From the NCBI GenBank assembly GCA_015055745.1, contig SVHS01000001.1:10094-74093 (forward strand): 64,000 bases of DNA, written 5' to 3'. Shown piece by piece: positions 56,445-64,000 of the stretch (the stretch's first letter is position 1; every line of letters starts with the position of its first letter). The position numbers and the translations under genes were made by a program. Under the pieces are notes generated by a model. That model saw only the letters and a program-made list of their open reading frames with translations, ran no database searches and had not been told where the DNA came from. The stretch comes from Clostridiales bacterium. Its GTDB lineage: Bacteria > Bacillota > Clostridia > Christensenellales > UBA1242.

Positions 56445-56471
56445 TGGTATAGTATACCAGTGTGTATACCA
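56445..56471. repeat. TGGTATA-G-TATACCA palindrome plus a second GTATACCA 12 bp downstream
   Basis: GTATACCA at 56452-56459 and 56464-56471. Same core and periodicity as the array at 46182-46227. Confidence 0.85.
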
Positions 56472-56567
56472 CTGTTGATAAGAACTATATATAGCGGCGA
56501 GCCAATAAAACCGTCTATATATTGTGGTCAAAATACGGTTAATGTAAGGGTTTAATACGCTTTTTCA

Positions 56568-56609
56568 GGCCTTACCAAGGCAGCCCTCTACCTACTGAGG
56601 TACATCAGC
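56568..56609 (-). pseudogene. 5' half of a tRNA-Thr(GGU) gene (acceptor 5' strand to anticodon loop), orphaned
   Basis: The minus strand reads GCTGATG-TA-CCTC-AGTAGGTA-GAGG-G-CTGCC-TTGGTAA-GGcc. tRNA-like sequence then stops. Confidence 0.7.
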
Positions 56610-56844
56610 GTGATGAAATTTTAGGTGATTTTTAAGATATGGATTTTGGCACTTTTTATTTACCAGGGTAGTGCGATACCTCTGCTAAAATAGCAAATTA
56701 AACCGCAATGACAGTTAGATAATACCAACAAATTTTAAAATAGTCAATAGATTTAAAAATATTTTATAACTTAATAAAAAACATTTGCCAAAAAGGAATA
56801 AAAAGTTTATAATAACAGTATCTTAATATAAAAGGAGAAAGGTT

Positions 56845-57075
56845 ATGAAAGGAATGGTTAAATGGTTTGAAAATGCTCCATTGTGGCTAAAAGTTATCTT
56901 CGCTCTTCCTGGATTGGATATCATCTGGGCTATCTTCCGTATCGTGAAAGGTGCGGCTTATGGAAAGACTGGTCTTGTCCTTGTAGGTATTCTATGGTTA
57001 TTACTAGGTTGGGCTATCCTTTGGATTATTGACATTGTTTCTATTCTCATTAAGAAACATCCTATTCTTGCTTAG
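56845..57075 (+). CDS. Small membrane protein (76 aa, 2-3 TM helices)
   Basis: AAAGGAGAAAGG ribosome-binding site. Hydrophobic, Trp-rich helices (LWLKVIFALPGLDIIWAIF, LVLVGILWLLLGWAILWIIDIVSILI). Confidence 0.55.
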   Translation: MKGMVKWFENAPLWLKVIFALPGLDIIWAIFRIVKGAAYGKTGLVLVGILWLLLGWAILWIIDIVSILIKKHPILA

Positions 57076-57091
57076 TGCAGAAAATGAAAAA

Positions 57092-57108
57092 ACTGACTAT
57101 TTGTCAGT
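57092..57108. terminator. Bidirectional terminator hairpin
   Basis: ACTGAC-TATTT-GTCAGT flanked by A and T runs. It overlaps the stop of the RSH gene. Confidence 0.7.
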
Positions 57109-58923
57109 TTTTTTCTTTGTTTCTATAGGCTTCCAAAATGCCTCTATCAGTCTTGATTCTCTAAAGTAGCTCACATTTGGACAAATCTTTCTGTGTATGA
57201 TGACGCCACGACCTGCTGAGATAAATCCTATGATGTCGTCTCCATACATTGGATGACAACAATTTGCAAACTTCAATAAAATATTGTTCAGTCCATTTAG
57301 AGAGATTTGTTTCTCAGTGGGCTGAGCTAGGGTAATGGTACTAGTATGAGGTGATACAAAGGTCTCTTCTTTAATTTGTTTTTGATAGATAGACGCCAGT
57401 TTGTTTGCTATCATTTTTGGTGCGATAGCGTTGGTGCCAATGTTTGCAAACAGTTCATCTTCCTCAGTGTAATTGTAATTTTCCAAGATAGTGCTAAGAC
57501 CTTTTTGCATGAGTTTGCTTACGGAGTAGCCTTTTTCTTTGATAGCATTTTCTAGCATGGATTTGCCGAGTTTGATAGTCTCCTCTTTCATATTTTTCTT
57601 AAAGAAGCTATTGATTTTTCCTCGAGCTTCACTTGTTTTACATATCTTTAGCCAATCACGAGACGGTCCTTTTGAGTTTGGATTTGTGATGATTTCTACT
57701 ACATCACCATTATGTAGCTCGGACTGAGTAGGAGCCATTTTACCATTAACTTTAGCACCTACGCATTTATTTCCGATTTCACTATGAATACTATATGCAA
57801 AATCTATTGGTGTGGAACCGCTAGGTAAATATACTACTTTCCCTTTTGGAGTTTGTACAAAAATTTCGCTATTATATATGTCTTGATTTAGTGAAGATGC
57901 GAGCTCGTCGATAGAAGTATTGTCATCTTCCATCATTTGTCTGAGCCAAGCTAGTCTCATATCTAAGCTATCTTGCTTGTTTTTCTTTTCTTTATATAGC
58001 CAGTGTGCTGCGATACCGTACTCAGCGTACTTATGCATTTCTTCTGTCCTTATCTGTATTTCCACAGGGAAACTTTCGAAAAGTACTGTGGTGTGCAAAG
58101 ACTGATATCCATTTGGCTTCGGTGTTGCAATGTAGTCTTTAAATCTTCCTTCAAAAGGAACTACTATAGAATGCAATCTACCTAAAAGAGCATAACAATC
58201 TGATACTGATTTTACTATGGCGCGCACTGCTATAAGGTCATAAATATTGTCTAGAGAGTGGTCTTGTAATTTTTTGTATATACTGTAAATATGTTTTTTT
58301 CTGCCGTAAACTTTGCCTTGAATGTCAAGGTCCTGCATACAGTTTTCCACCAAAGCTTTTAATCTTTCCACTATTGGTTGACGTTTGTGGAAGCGTTTGT
58401 CTACTTCAGCTTGGATTTCGGCTTGCAGCTTTGGATTGCTTAGTCTAAAAGCTCCGTCCTCTAACTCTGTCTTGTAGCCTGATAGTCCTAATCTTGCAGA
58501 TAATGGAGCGAAGAGCGAAAATATTCCGTTTGCCAAATCTTTCTTCTCGTTATCTGATTTGTCGTCTAGATTTCTAAGCTCGGTCACTACAAAAGCAATC
58601 TTTAGCATGATGGTCCTGATGTCTTTTGTAATGGCAAAAAACATCTTACGGATATTTTCTGCCTCAGTCTCTTGCTGAGAATAATTTATCTTGTCTAGTT
58701 TGTCTAATATTTGGATATTCCTGTGTATTTCTGCAGGATATTTCTTTTCGATTTCTTCCAATGTTAGCTTGTTGTTTTTGAGAGCGTAGTAGAGCACTCC
58801 TTCTAGCTTGACATCATTTCCTAGGTTCATGTCTGATAAGATGTCTAAAAAGTCGCTTAGCTTCTTTTGGTCAAAATCTTTTAATAAATCCAACACTTCA
58901 TTTATCTGATTATTCATATACAA
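57097..58923 (-). CDS. rel: Long RelA/SpoT homologue: (p)ppGpp synthetase with a degenerate N-terminal hydrolase domain and no C-terminal ACT/RRM domain
   Basis: Synthetase motifs are present: GRKKHIYSIYKKL, DLIAVRAIV, RFKDYIATPKPNGYQSLHTTV, VEIQIRTEEMHKYAEYGIAAHWLYKE. TGS domain (VFVQTPKGKVVYLPSGSTPIDFAYSIHSEIG) and Cys-rich region (CCHPMYGDDIIGFISAGRGVIIHRKICPN). No His-Asp hydrolase signature is seen in the first ~190 aa. Confidence 0.88.
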   Translation of the reverse strand: MYMNNQINEVLDLLKDFDQKKLSDFLDILSDMNLGNDVKLEGVLYYALKNNKLTLEEIEKKYPAEIHRNIQILDKLDKINYSQQETEAENIRKMFFAITKDIRTIMLKIAFVVTELRNLDDKSDNEKKDLANGIFSLFAPLSARLGLSGYKTELEDGAFRLSNPKLQAEIQAEVDKRFHKRQPIVERLKALVENCMQDLDIQGKVYGRKKHIYSIYKKLQDHSLDNIYDLIAVRAIVKSVSDCYALLGRLHSIVVPFEGRFKDYIATPKPNGYQSLHTTVLFESFPVEIQIRTEEMHKYAEYGIAAHWLYKEKKNKQDSLDMRLAWLRQMMEDDNTSIDELASSLNQDIYNSEIFVQTPKGKVVYLPSGSTPIDFAYSIHSEIGNKCVGAKVNGKMAPTQSELHNGDVVEIITNPNSKGPSRDWLKICKTSEARGKINSFFKKNMKEETIKLGKSMLENAIKEKGYSVSKLMQKGLSTILENYNYTEEDELFANIGTNAIAPKMIANKLASIYQKQIKEETFVSPHTSTITLAQPTEKQISLNGLNNILLKFANCCHPMYGDDIIGFISAGRGVIIHRKICPNVSYFRESRLIEAFWKPIETKKKTDK

Positions 58924-59116
58924 TCATATTAGCACAATATTAAAAATTTGACAATTAATTTTAGCAAATAAAAAAATGTTTTAAAACCATCAAAAATCCA
59001 AAAAACATACAAAAAATATTAATTTTAATTAGATTTATTGAGATTTTTACAATTTTTTAAACAAAATTATTTTGTTCTATTTCATCGGACAGGCAAATAA
59101 AATAATTTGAGGCAGT

Positions 59117-61750
59117 ATGTACAAATTAAATATCAATGAAGTTTATCAAAATTTGCAGTCTAGTAAAGAAGGATTATCTATCAACGAAGCTAGCGAGAGA
59201 CTCAAGAAGTATGGTAAAAATGAGCTAGAAAAAACCAAAAAGCAATCTTTCATTGTTCGCTTTTTCAAACAATTTCTAAATATTATGATTATTATACTTT
59301 TGGTGTCAGCCGTGGTGTCGCTTGCTATAGCTATTATCAATAAAAAGTATGCCGATTTATTTGAAGGGATAGTGATATTATTTATTGTGGTGATGAATGC
59401 TTTGATAGGAGTCTTCCAAGAGAGTAAAGCTCAGGCATGTATCGATGACTTGCAAAAATACAACAAGACGTCAGTAAGGGTAATACGCAGTGGTGTGTCT
59501 ATGAAGGTGGATAGCACTGAGATCACAGTCGGAGATATTGTAGAAATGGAAGCTGGTAATATCGTTATGGCGGATATCAGACTGATCGAGACTAATAATT
59601 TTGCTTGTGATGAAAGTTCGCTCACTGGTGAAAGCGTCCCTGCTGATAAAAATGCAGAAGTGGTATTGAAGAAAAACACAGTGCTCGGTGAACGTATAAA
59701 TATGGCGTATTCTGGCAGTATGGTGACAAAAGGTAAGGCAAAAGGTGTCGTCGTGGCAGTGGGTAAAGATACAGAGATAGGTAAAATAGCTAATATTTTA
59801 TTTACATCTAAAAAAGAAGTGACACCTCTACAAAAGTCCATCGATAAAATCGGAAAATTTATCACGTGGACTGTATTGGCTATTTCTCTCGCTATACTTG
59901 TGATAGAGCTCTTTAGTGGCAATTCGGTAGTAAATGCTATGATGACAGCTGTAGCTCTCGCTGTGGCGGCAATACCGGAGAGCTTACCTGCTGTGATTAC
60001 TATCATCATGGCACTCGGAGTACAGCAATTGGCAAAAAGAAAATGTATCATCAGGCGCTTGCATGCTGTTGAGACATTGGGTAGCTGTGAAATAATTTGT
60101 TCGGACAAAACAGGTACACTCACTATGAATAAAATGCAAGTGGTCGATGTGTACAATAATAATATTTACAATCCTGATAGTAAATGTATAGATCTAGATT
60201 TTTTGCGATGTGCTTATATTTGTAATAATGCTAAACTAGAAAACAAAAAAGTGGTAGGTGAACCTACCGAAGTGGCAATGTATGAATATGCAAAAAACAA
60301 TTGTGAAATAGTACCTTCAAAGATTATTCATGAGATTCCTTTTAATAGTACTAGGAAGATGATGACAGTACTTATCAATGAGAATGGAATCAGAAGCTTC
60401 ACAAAAGGTGCGCCAGAAATTTTGATAAAAAAATGTAAATTTATAAAAATTGATGGTAAAATACAACCTTTTTCTGATAATTTGCGCGAAAAAGTCAAAA
60501 AAATTAATAATGAAATGACGGATAAAGCATTAAGAGTAATAGGCTTGTGTTGCAAAAATTACGATGTATTTAATCCAAATGATGTCTTAGAAGATGATAT
60601 GGTCTTTTTGGGTTTGATGGGGCTGATGGATAATCCTCGTCCAGAGGCTAAGGAAAGTATTGAGAACTGTTTTAAAGCTGGGCTAAAGCCGATCATGATT
60701 ACTGGAGATCACAAGAGGACAGCTTTTGCCATAGCTCATAAATTAGGTATAGCGAAAAGTCTAGATGAGGTTATCACAGGAGAAGAATTAGATAAATTGT
60801 CTGATAAAGATTTGAAAAAAATGTGCCATCAATATACGGTATATGCTAGAGTTAGTCCTGAGCATAAAGTAAGGATAGTGAAGGCGTATAAAAAACTAGA
60901 TAAAATTGTGGCTATGACAGGAGACGGAGTGAATGATGCGCCGAGTCTAAAAATAGCGGACATCGGCGTAGGTATGGGAAAGTCAGGTACAGATGTGGTA
61001 AAAAATGTAGCCGACATGGTGGTGACTGATGATAACTTTGCAAGTATCGTCGTAGCAGTGGAAGAAGGAAGAAAAGTATATAGCAATATCCAAAAAGCAC
61101 TACAATTTTTGATATCTACAAATTGTGTAGAAGTGTTTGGAATGTTGGTAGCGTTATTATTTTTTCCAAAATATACATTTTTACTTCCTGCACAAATGTT
61201 ATTTATCAATCTGGTGACGGATAGTTTACCCGCATTTGCTCTTGGTATGGAAAAGGTAGAAAAAGAAGTCATGCTATCTCCACCTAGGAATAGTAAAGCA
61301 GGATTGTTTGGAGGCAAAGTAGGCGTAGCTATCATTTATCAGTCTATATTGCAGACTGTGTTGGTGCTAGCAGTGTTTGTTATAGGAGTGTATTGCTATT
61401 CTCCTGATGTGGCTAGTACTATGGTGTTCTTCACTATCATTTTCATGCAGCTACTACATAGCGTCAATTGCAAGACGAACAATAGCATCTTTGAGAAAAA
61501 TCTTTTTGACAACAAGACGTTTAATCTTTGCTTTTTGATTACATTGGGTATAAACCTGCTGGTAGCTTGCGTGCCATTTATGTATACATTGTTTGGATTG
61601 GAGTTTTTAAATTTATCTCAATGGATCATGGTGATAATCACTTCTGTATTGATAATACCGTCATGTGAATTATTTAAAGTGCTATTGTCAAATAATAAAA
61701 AATTTATAAAAAACATAAAAAAATCGTCAAAAAATGCAAAAAATAGTTAA
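59117..61750 (+). CDS. P-type Ca2+-transporting ATPase (type IIA, YloB/PMR1-like)
   Basis: TGES, phosphorylation site CSDKTGTLT, IPESLP, MITGDH and MTGDGVNDAPSLK, with 10 TM segments. Confidence 0.93.
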   Translation: MYKLNINEVYQNLQSSKEGLSINEASERLKKYGKNELEKTKKQSFIVRFFKQFLNIMIIILLVSAVVSLAIAIINKKYADLFEGIVILFIVVMNALIGVFQESKAQACIDDLQKYNKTSVRVIRSGVSMKVDSTEITVGDIVEMEAGNIVMADIRLIETNNFACDESSLTGESVPADKNAEVVLKKNTVLGERINMAYSGSMVTKGKAKGVVVAVGKDTEIGKIANILFTSKKEVTPLQKSIDKIGKFITWTVLAISLAILVIELFSGNSVVNAMMTAVALAVAAIPESLPAVITIIMALGVQQLAKRKCIIRRLHAVETLGSCEIICSDKTGTLTMNKMQVVDVYNNNIYNPDSKCIDLDFLRCAYICNNAKLENKKVVGEPTEVAMYEYAKNNCEIVPSKIIHEIPFNSTRKMMTVLINENGIRSFTKGAPEILIKKCKFIKIDGKIQPFSDNLREKVKKINNEMTDKALRVIGLCCKNYDVFNPNDVLEDDMVFLGLMGLMDNPRPEAKESIENCFKAGLKPIMITGDHKRTAFAIAHKLGIAKSLDEVITGEELDKLSDKDLKKMCHQYTVYARVSPEHKVRIVKAYKKLDKIVAMTGDGVNDAPSLKIADIGVGMGKSGTDVVKNVADMVVTDDNFASIVVAVEEGRKVYSNIQKALQFLISTNCVEVFGMLVALLFFPKYTFLLPAQMLFINLVTDSLPAFALGMEKVEKEVMLSPPRNSKAGLFGGKVGVAIIYQSILQTVLVLAVFVIGVYCYSPDVASTMVFFTIIFMQLLHSVNCKTNNSIFEKNLFDNKTFNLCFLITLGINLLVACVPFMYTLFGLEFLNLSQWIMVIITSVLIIPSCELFKVLLSNNKKFIKNIKKSSKNAKNS

Positions 61751-61880
61751 AATTTTGATAAAAAATCAAAAAATGTCATATATTAGGTGAAAATACAGCT
61801 CGGAAAGAGTTGTATTTTTAGATTTTATATATGTGAATAAAAATTGATTTTTAGATAACAATATAGGTAAGGGAGGGAAT

Positions 61881-62318
61881 ATGAGTATAAGAAATAAGAG
61901 AGCTTTATCTACATTGGTGTATTACACTTTGGCTATAATGACATTTTTATTATCTGCATTCTTTGTGTATGCGTTGATGGTGAAAGATGTAGTGATTTGG
62001 GCTAGAGTGATTTACTTTATCTGGATAGGTCTAGTGATAGGTGTGGTAATCTTTGATATCATCTGTACTAGAAATAAAGAAGCAAAGACTATCTCAGGAT
62101 TGATTATCTATGTGCTTAGCGTATTGGCTGTCATTATGGCTGTATTATTGTATGCGATGAATAGCGGTGCTACAGGTCTTGCTACAAGCTTCTTCAATCT
62201 ATTTATTTCTATCTCCATCATTTCATTGATGACTACTGGACTCATGATAGCTACATGGTGTGTGGGTGAACATATGGTAGAGCATCAGACTGTGGAAGAT
62301 GAGATGGAAGGAGAATAA
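61881..62318 (+). CDS. Membrane protein, 4 TM helices, function unknown
   Basis: GGGAGGGAA ribosome-binding site and four hydrophobic helices. Confidence 0.55.
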   Translation: MSIRNKRALSTLVYYTLAIMTFLLSAFFVYALMVKDVVIWARVIYFIWIGLVIGVVIFDIICTRNKEAKTISGLIIYVLSVLAVIMAVLLYAMNSGATGLATSFFNLFISISIISLMTTGLMIATWCVGEHMVEHQTVEDEMEGE

Positions 62319-62324
62319 AAAAAC

Positions 62325-62349
62325 GAGTGGAATGGTCCACTCTTTTTTT
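62325..62349. terminator. Bidirectional terminator
   Basis: GAGTGGA-ATGG-TCCACTC flanked by A and T runs. Confidence 0.85.
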
Positions 62350-63073
62350 ACAAACTAAATCCTCCGTCTACAGAGATTATTTGACCAGTGATAAAGCTAG
62401 CGTCATCACTAAGTAAAAATTTTACTAATGATGCTACATCTTTGGGCTGTCCTATTCGAGAGATAGGAGTATCGTTTATAATAGCTTGGATACTATCTTT
62501 GTCTATAGAACTATTCATTTTACCCTCTATTAGTCCAGGACAAACAGCATTTACCGTAATATTTGATGGACCCAGCTCTTTAGCTAGAGCTAGAGTGAGG
62601 CTGTTGATAGCACCCTTGCTAGCAGAATATACACTTTCCATACTAGCGCCTACTTTTCCCCACATAGAAGAGATGTTTACTATCCTACCATATTGTGCGC
62701 TAATCATATGCTTTGATACTAATGCGGTGGTCATGACGAGTGATTTTACATTATTATCAAATACTGTGTAATAATCTTCTTCCGTAGTGTCTTGAATTTG
62801 CTGTATTTTTGATATGCCTGCCACATTTACAAGTCCATCTATTTGTATATGGTTTTTAATAATTTTATTAACTAAGTTAGTAATTTGTGAGATGTCTGTC
62901 AAATCGCATTGATAATCAAAAACTTTGGCCTTTTTTATCTCTTTTTTTAGAGATACGATAGGCTCATGGTGATGATTGTATATCAATATTAAATTGTTAT
63001 TTTCTTGGTCTAGTGATTTTGCTATAGACAAACCGATGTCTCCACTAGCTCCTGTGATTAGAATTGTTTTCAT
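62348..63073 (-). CDS. Short-chain dehydrogenase/reductase (FabG-like)
   Basis: TGASGDIGLSIA (TGxxxGxG), NISS...YSASKGA (S-YxxxK) and the C-terminal ITGQIISVDGGFSL. Confidence 0.85.
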   Translation of the reverse strand: MKTILITGASGDIGLSIAKSLDQENNNLILIYNHHHEPIVSLKKEIKKAKVFDYQCDLTDISQITNLVNKIIKNHIQIDGLVNVAGISKIQQIQDTTEEDYYTVFDNNVKSLVMTTALVSKHMISAQYGRIVNISSMWGKVGASMESVYSASKGAINSLTLALAKELGPSNITVNAVCPGLIEGKMNSSIDKDSIQAIINDTPISRIGQPKDVASLVKFLLSDDASFITGQIISVDGGFSL

Positions 63074-63182
63074 GACATGATTTTAGCATATATTTTTATA
63101 TTTTGCAAGAGGGTAAAAATATTAGATTATTTTTCTTTGAGAAAATATTGACTTTTGAAATATTAATTATTATAATTAAAAT

Positions 63183-64000
63183 ATGAAGAAATTTTTAAAG
63201 ATTTTGATTATAGTGTTATTGGTGGCTGCAGCGGTTTGTGCTACTGTGTTTGTTTTCTTTAGACAAAAAGGAGAGCGAGATGTCAACACTGGCTCAATAG
63301 TAGCTTATATTGGTTCTATAGAAAAAAAGACTTTTAATAGCAATATGGAGACATTGTCTAATAATGTGAAAGCCTACAATGCTAATGATACTCGATTTGA
63401 TTTTGTGGAAGATACGAGTGACAATCTAGACACTATCTTAGAGACATTGATTACATATTACATGGCTGACGATACAAATATCGCCGATGCAGATATAAAG
63501 TCTCAGTTTGAGTCGGTCAAGGCTTCTAGAGCACGCGTAGATGATATGTATACAGAGTTTGATATCAAAAAAGATTCTAAATGGTTCGCTAGAGACAAGG
63601 GAGCAAATGATATCTACAGACAAATATCAGACTATCTTGTGAAATATGCTGATTTGGTAAATCTAATCAATGCAGATGTGCAAATTGCAAATAAAAATGT
63701 GGATATCAAGTTTGCCATGTTTGAGATATATGCCAATGTGGTATCAAATACTTTTAAAGAATTTGAGACTGATGCCAATCAGCTTGTGTCTGTAAAGAAA
63801 ATCGAAAATATAGATTTATTAAATGATGAGATGTTTGTACAAAATTCATACATAGAGTCAGCCAAAGCATTTACTAGTACTTGCAATGATTTTATAAAGT
63901 ATTACAATCAATGCGACAAACAAGAGTTTGCTAAAAATTTAGCTGGCAATGTGGAAATAGATGCTATCACAGAAGACTCTTCAAATATAGAAAAAGCTAC
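63183..64000 (+). CDS. Hypothetical membrane-anchored protein, 3'-truncated by the window edge
   Basis: Not in the ORF track because no stop is reached. I translated from the ATG at 63183 to base 64000 with no stop (MKKFLKILIIVLLVAAAVCATVFVFFRQKGERD...). N-terminal TM helix. Confidence 0.6.
   Translation, partial: MKKFLKILIIVLLVAAAVCATVFVFFRQKGERDVNTGSIVAYIGSIEKKTFNSNMETLSNNVKAYNANDTRFDFVEDTSDNLDTILETLITYYMADDTNIADADIKSQFESVKASRARVDDMYTEFDIKKDSKWFARDKGANDIYRQISDYLVKYADLVNLINADVQIANKNVDIKFAMFEIYANVVSNTFKEFETDANQLVSVKKIENIDLLNDEMFVQNSYIESAKAFTSTCNDFIKYYNQCDKQEFAKNLAGNVEIDAITEDSSNIEKA

Larger units (their letters stand above)
46064..56569. mobile_element. Putative ~10.5 kb genomic island inserted into the anticodon loop of a tRNA-Thr gene; no integrase recognised
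   Basis: It is bounded by the 9-bp direct repeat CCTTACCAA (46055-46063 and 56570-56578) and by complementary tRNA halves. Its cargo is R-M/defence genes plus an intact tRNA-Thr-like gene. Confidence 0.5.

Noticed and set aside
41938-56609. Searched the restriction/defence region for an integrase, transposase, CRISPR repeats, a retron-like ncRNA/RT, or toxin-antitoxin pairs.
   Set aside because: No ORF has recombinase, transposase or reverse-transcriptase motifs, and no regularly spaced repeats are present. Mobility is inferred only from the split tRNA and the direct repeat.
59431-60156. Long antisense ORFs inside well-supported genes. Examples: 59431..60156 and 60829..61335 opposite the P-type ATPase, 16305..16727 opposite the Crp gene, 1898..2320 opposite dnaB, 10758..11126 opposite gyrA, 62388..62771 opposite the SDR, and 42713..43081 opposite res.
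   Set aside because: They lie opposite genes with clear family motifs. Their products are low-complexity (Ser/Ile/Leu/Phe-rich), and they lack ribosome-binding sites. They are typical shadow ORFs of AT-rich genomes.

Overview
AT-rich chromosome segment (about two-thirds A+T by eye, not computed). It uses the standard genetic code and shows Gram-positive/Bacillota-type signals: AGGAGG-like ribosome-binding sites, a T-box leader, lipoboxes, DegV proteins and anaerobic NrdDG. All calls come from reading the sequence and ORF translations by eye; no searches or folding programs were run. Layout: (1) 1-24.5 kb is housekeeping: typA (5'-truncated), dnaB-type helicase, yqeY, dtd, a GNAT gene, metG, gyrB-gyrA, nrdDG, a Crp/Fnr regulator, two degV genes, a TetR regulator, an RlmCD-like methyltransferase, an XRE/YigZ pair and an HtrA-like protease. 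(2) 23.2-41.9 kb is a surface-glycan locus: a tandem Maa-like acetyltransferase, two acyltransferases, two GT8, four GT2 domains, one GT4, two Wzy-like proteins (one fused to a GT2), a priming sugar transferase and a Wzx flippase. It is interrupted by a T-box-controlled operon encoding an archaeal-type AspRS and AsnRS. (3) 41.9-56.6 kb is a restriction/defence hot spot. It holds a Type III mod-res pair, then a ~10.5 kb insert that appears to split a tRNA-Thr gene in its anticodon loop, flanked by the 9-bp direct repeat CCTTACCAA. The insert carries its own tRNA-Thr-like gene, an uncharacterised candidate nuclease gene, and a tightly packed seven-gene Type I R-M operon: half-hsdS, hsdM, a DUF4145-like Zn-ribbon gene, hsdS, an unknown membrane-anchored gene, hsdR and a DUF45/M48-like metallopeptidase. 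I consider this operon the best candidate for an undescribed R-M-coupled accessory defence module. (4) 56.8-64 kb encodes a long RSH protein with a degenerate hydrolase domain, a P-type Ca2+-ATPase, an SDR and membrane proteins. No CRISPR array, rRNA, transposase or integrase was recognised.
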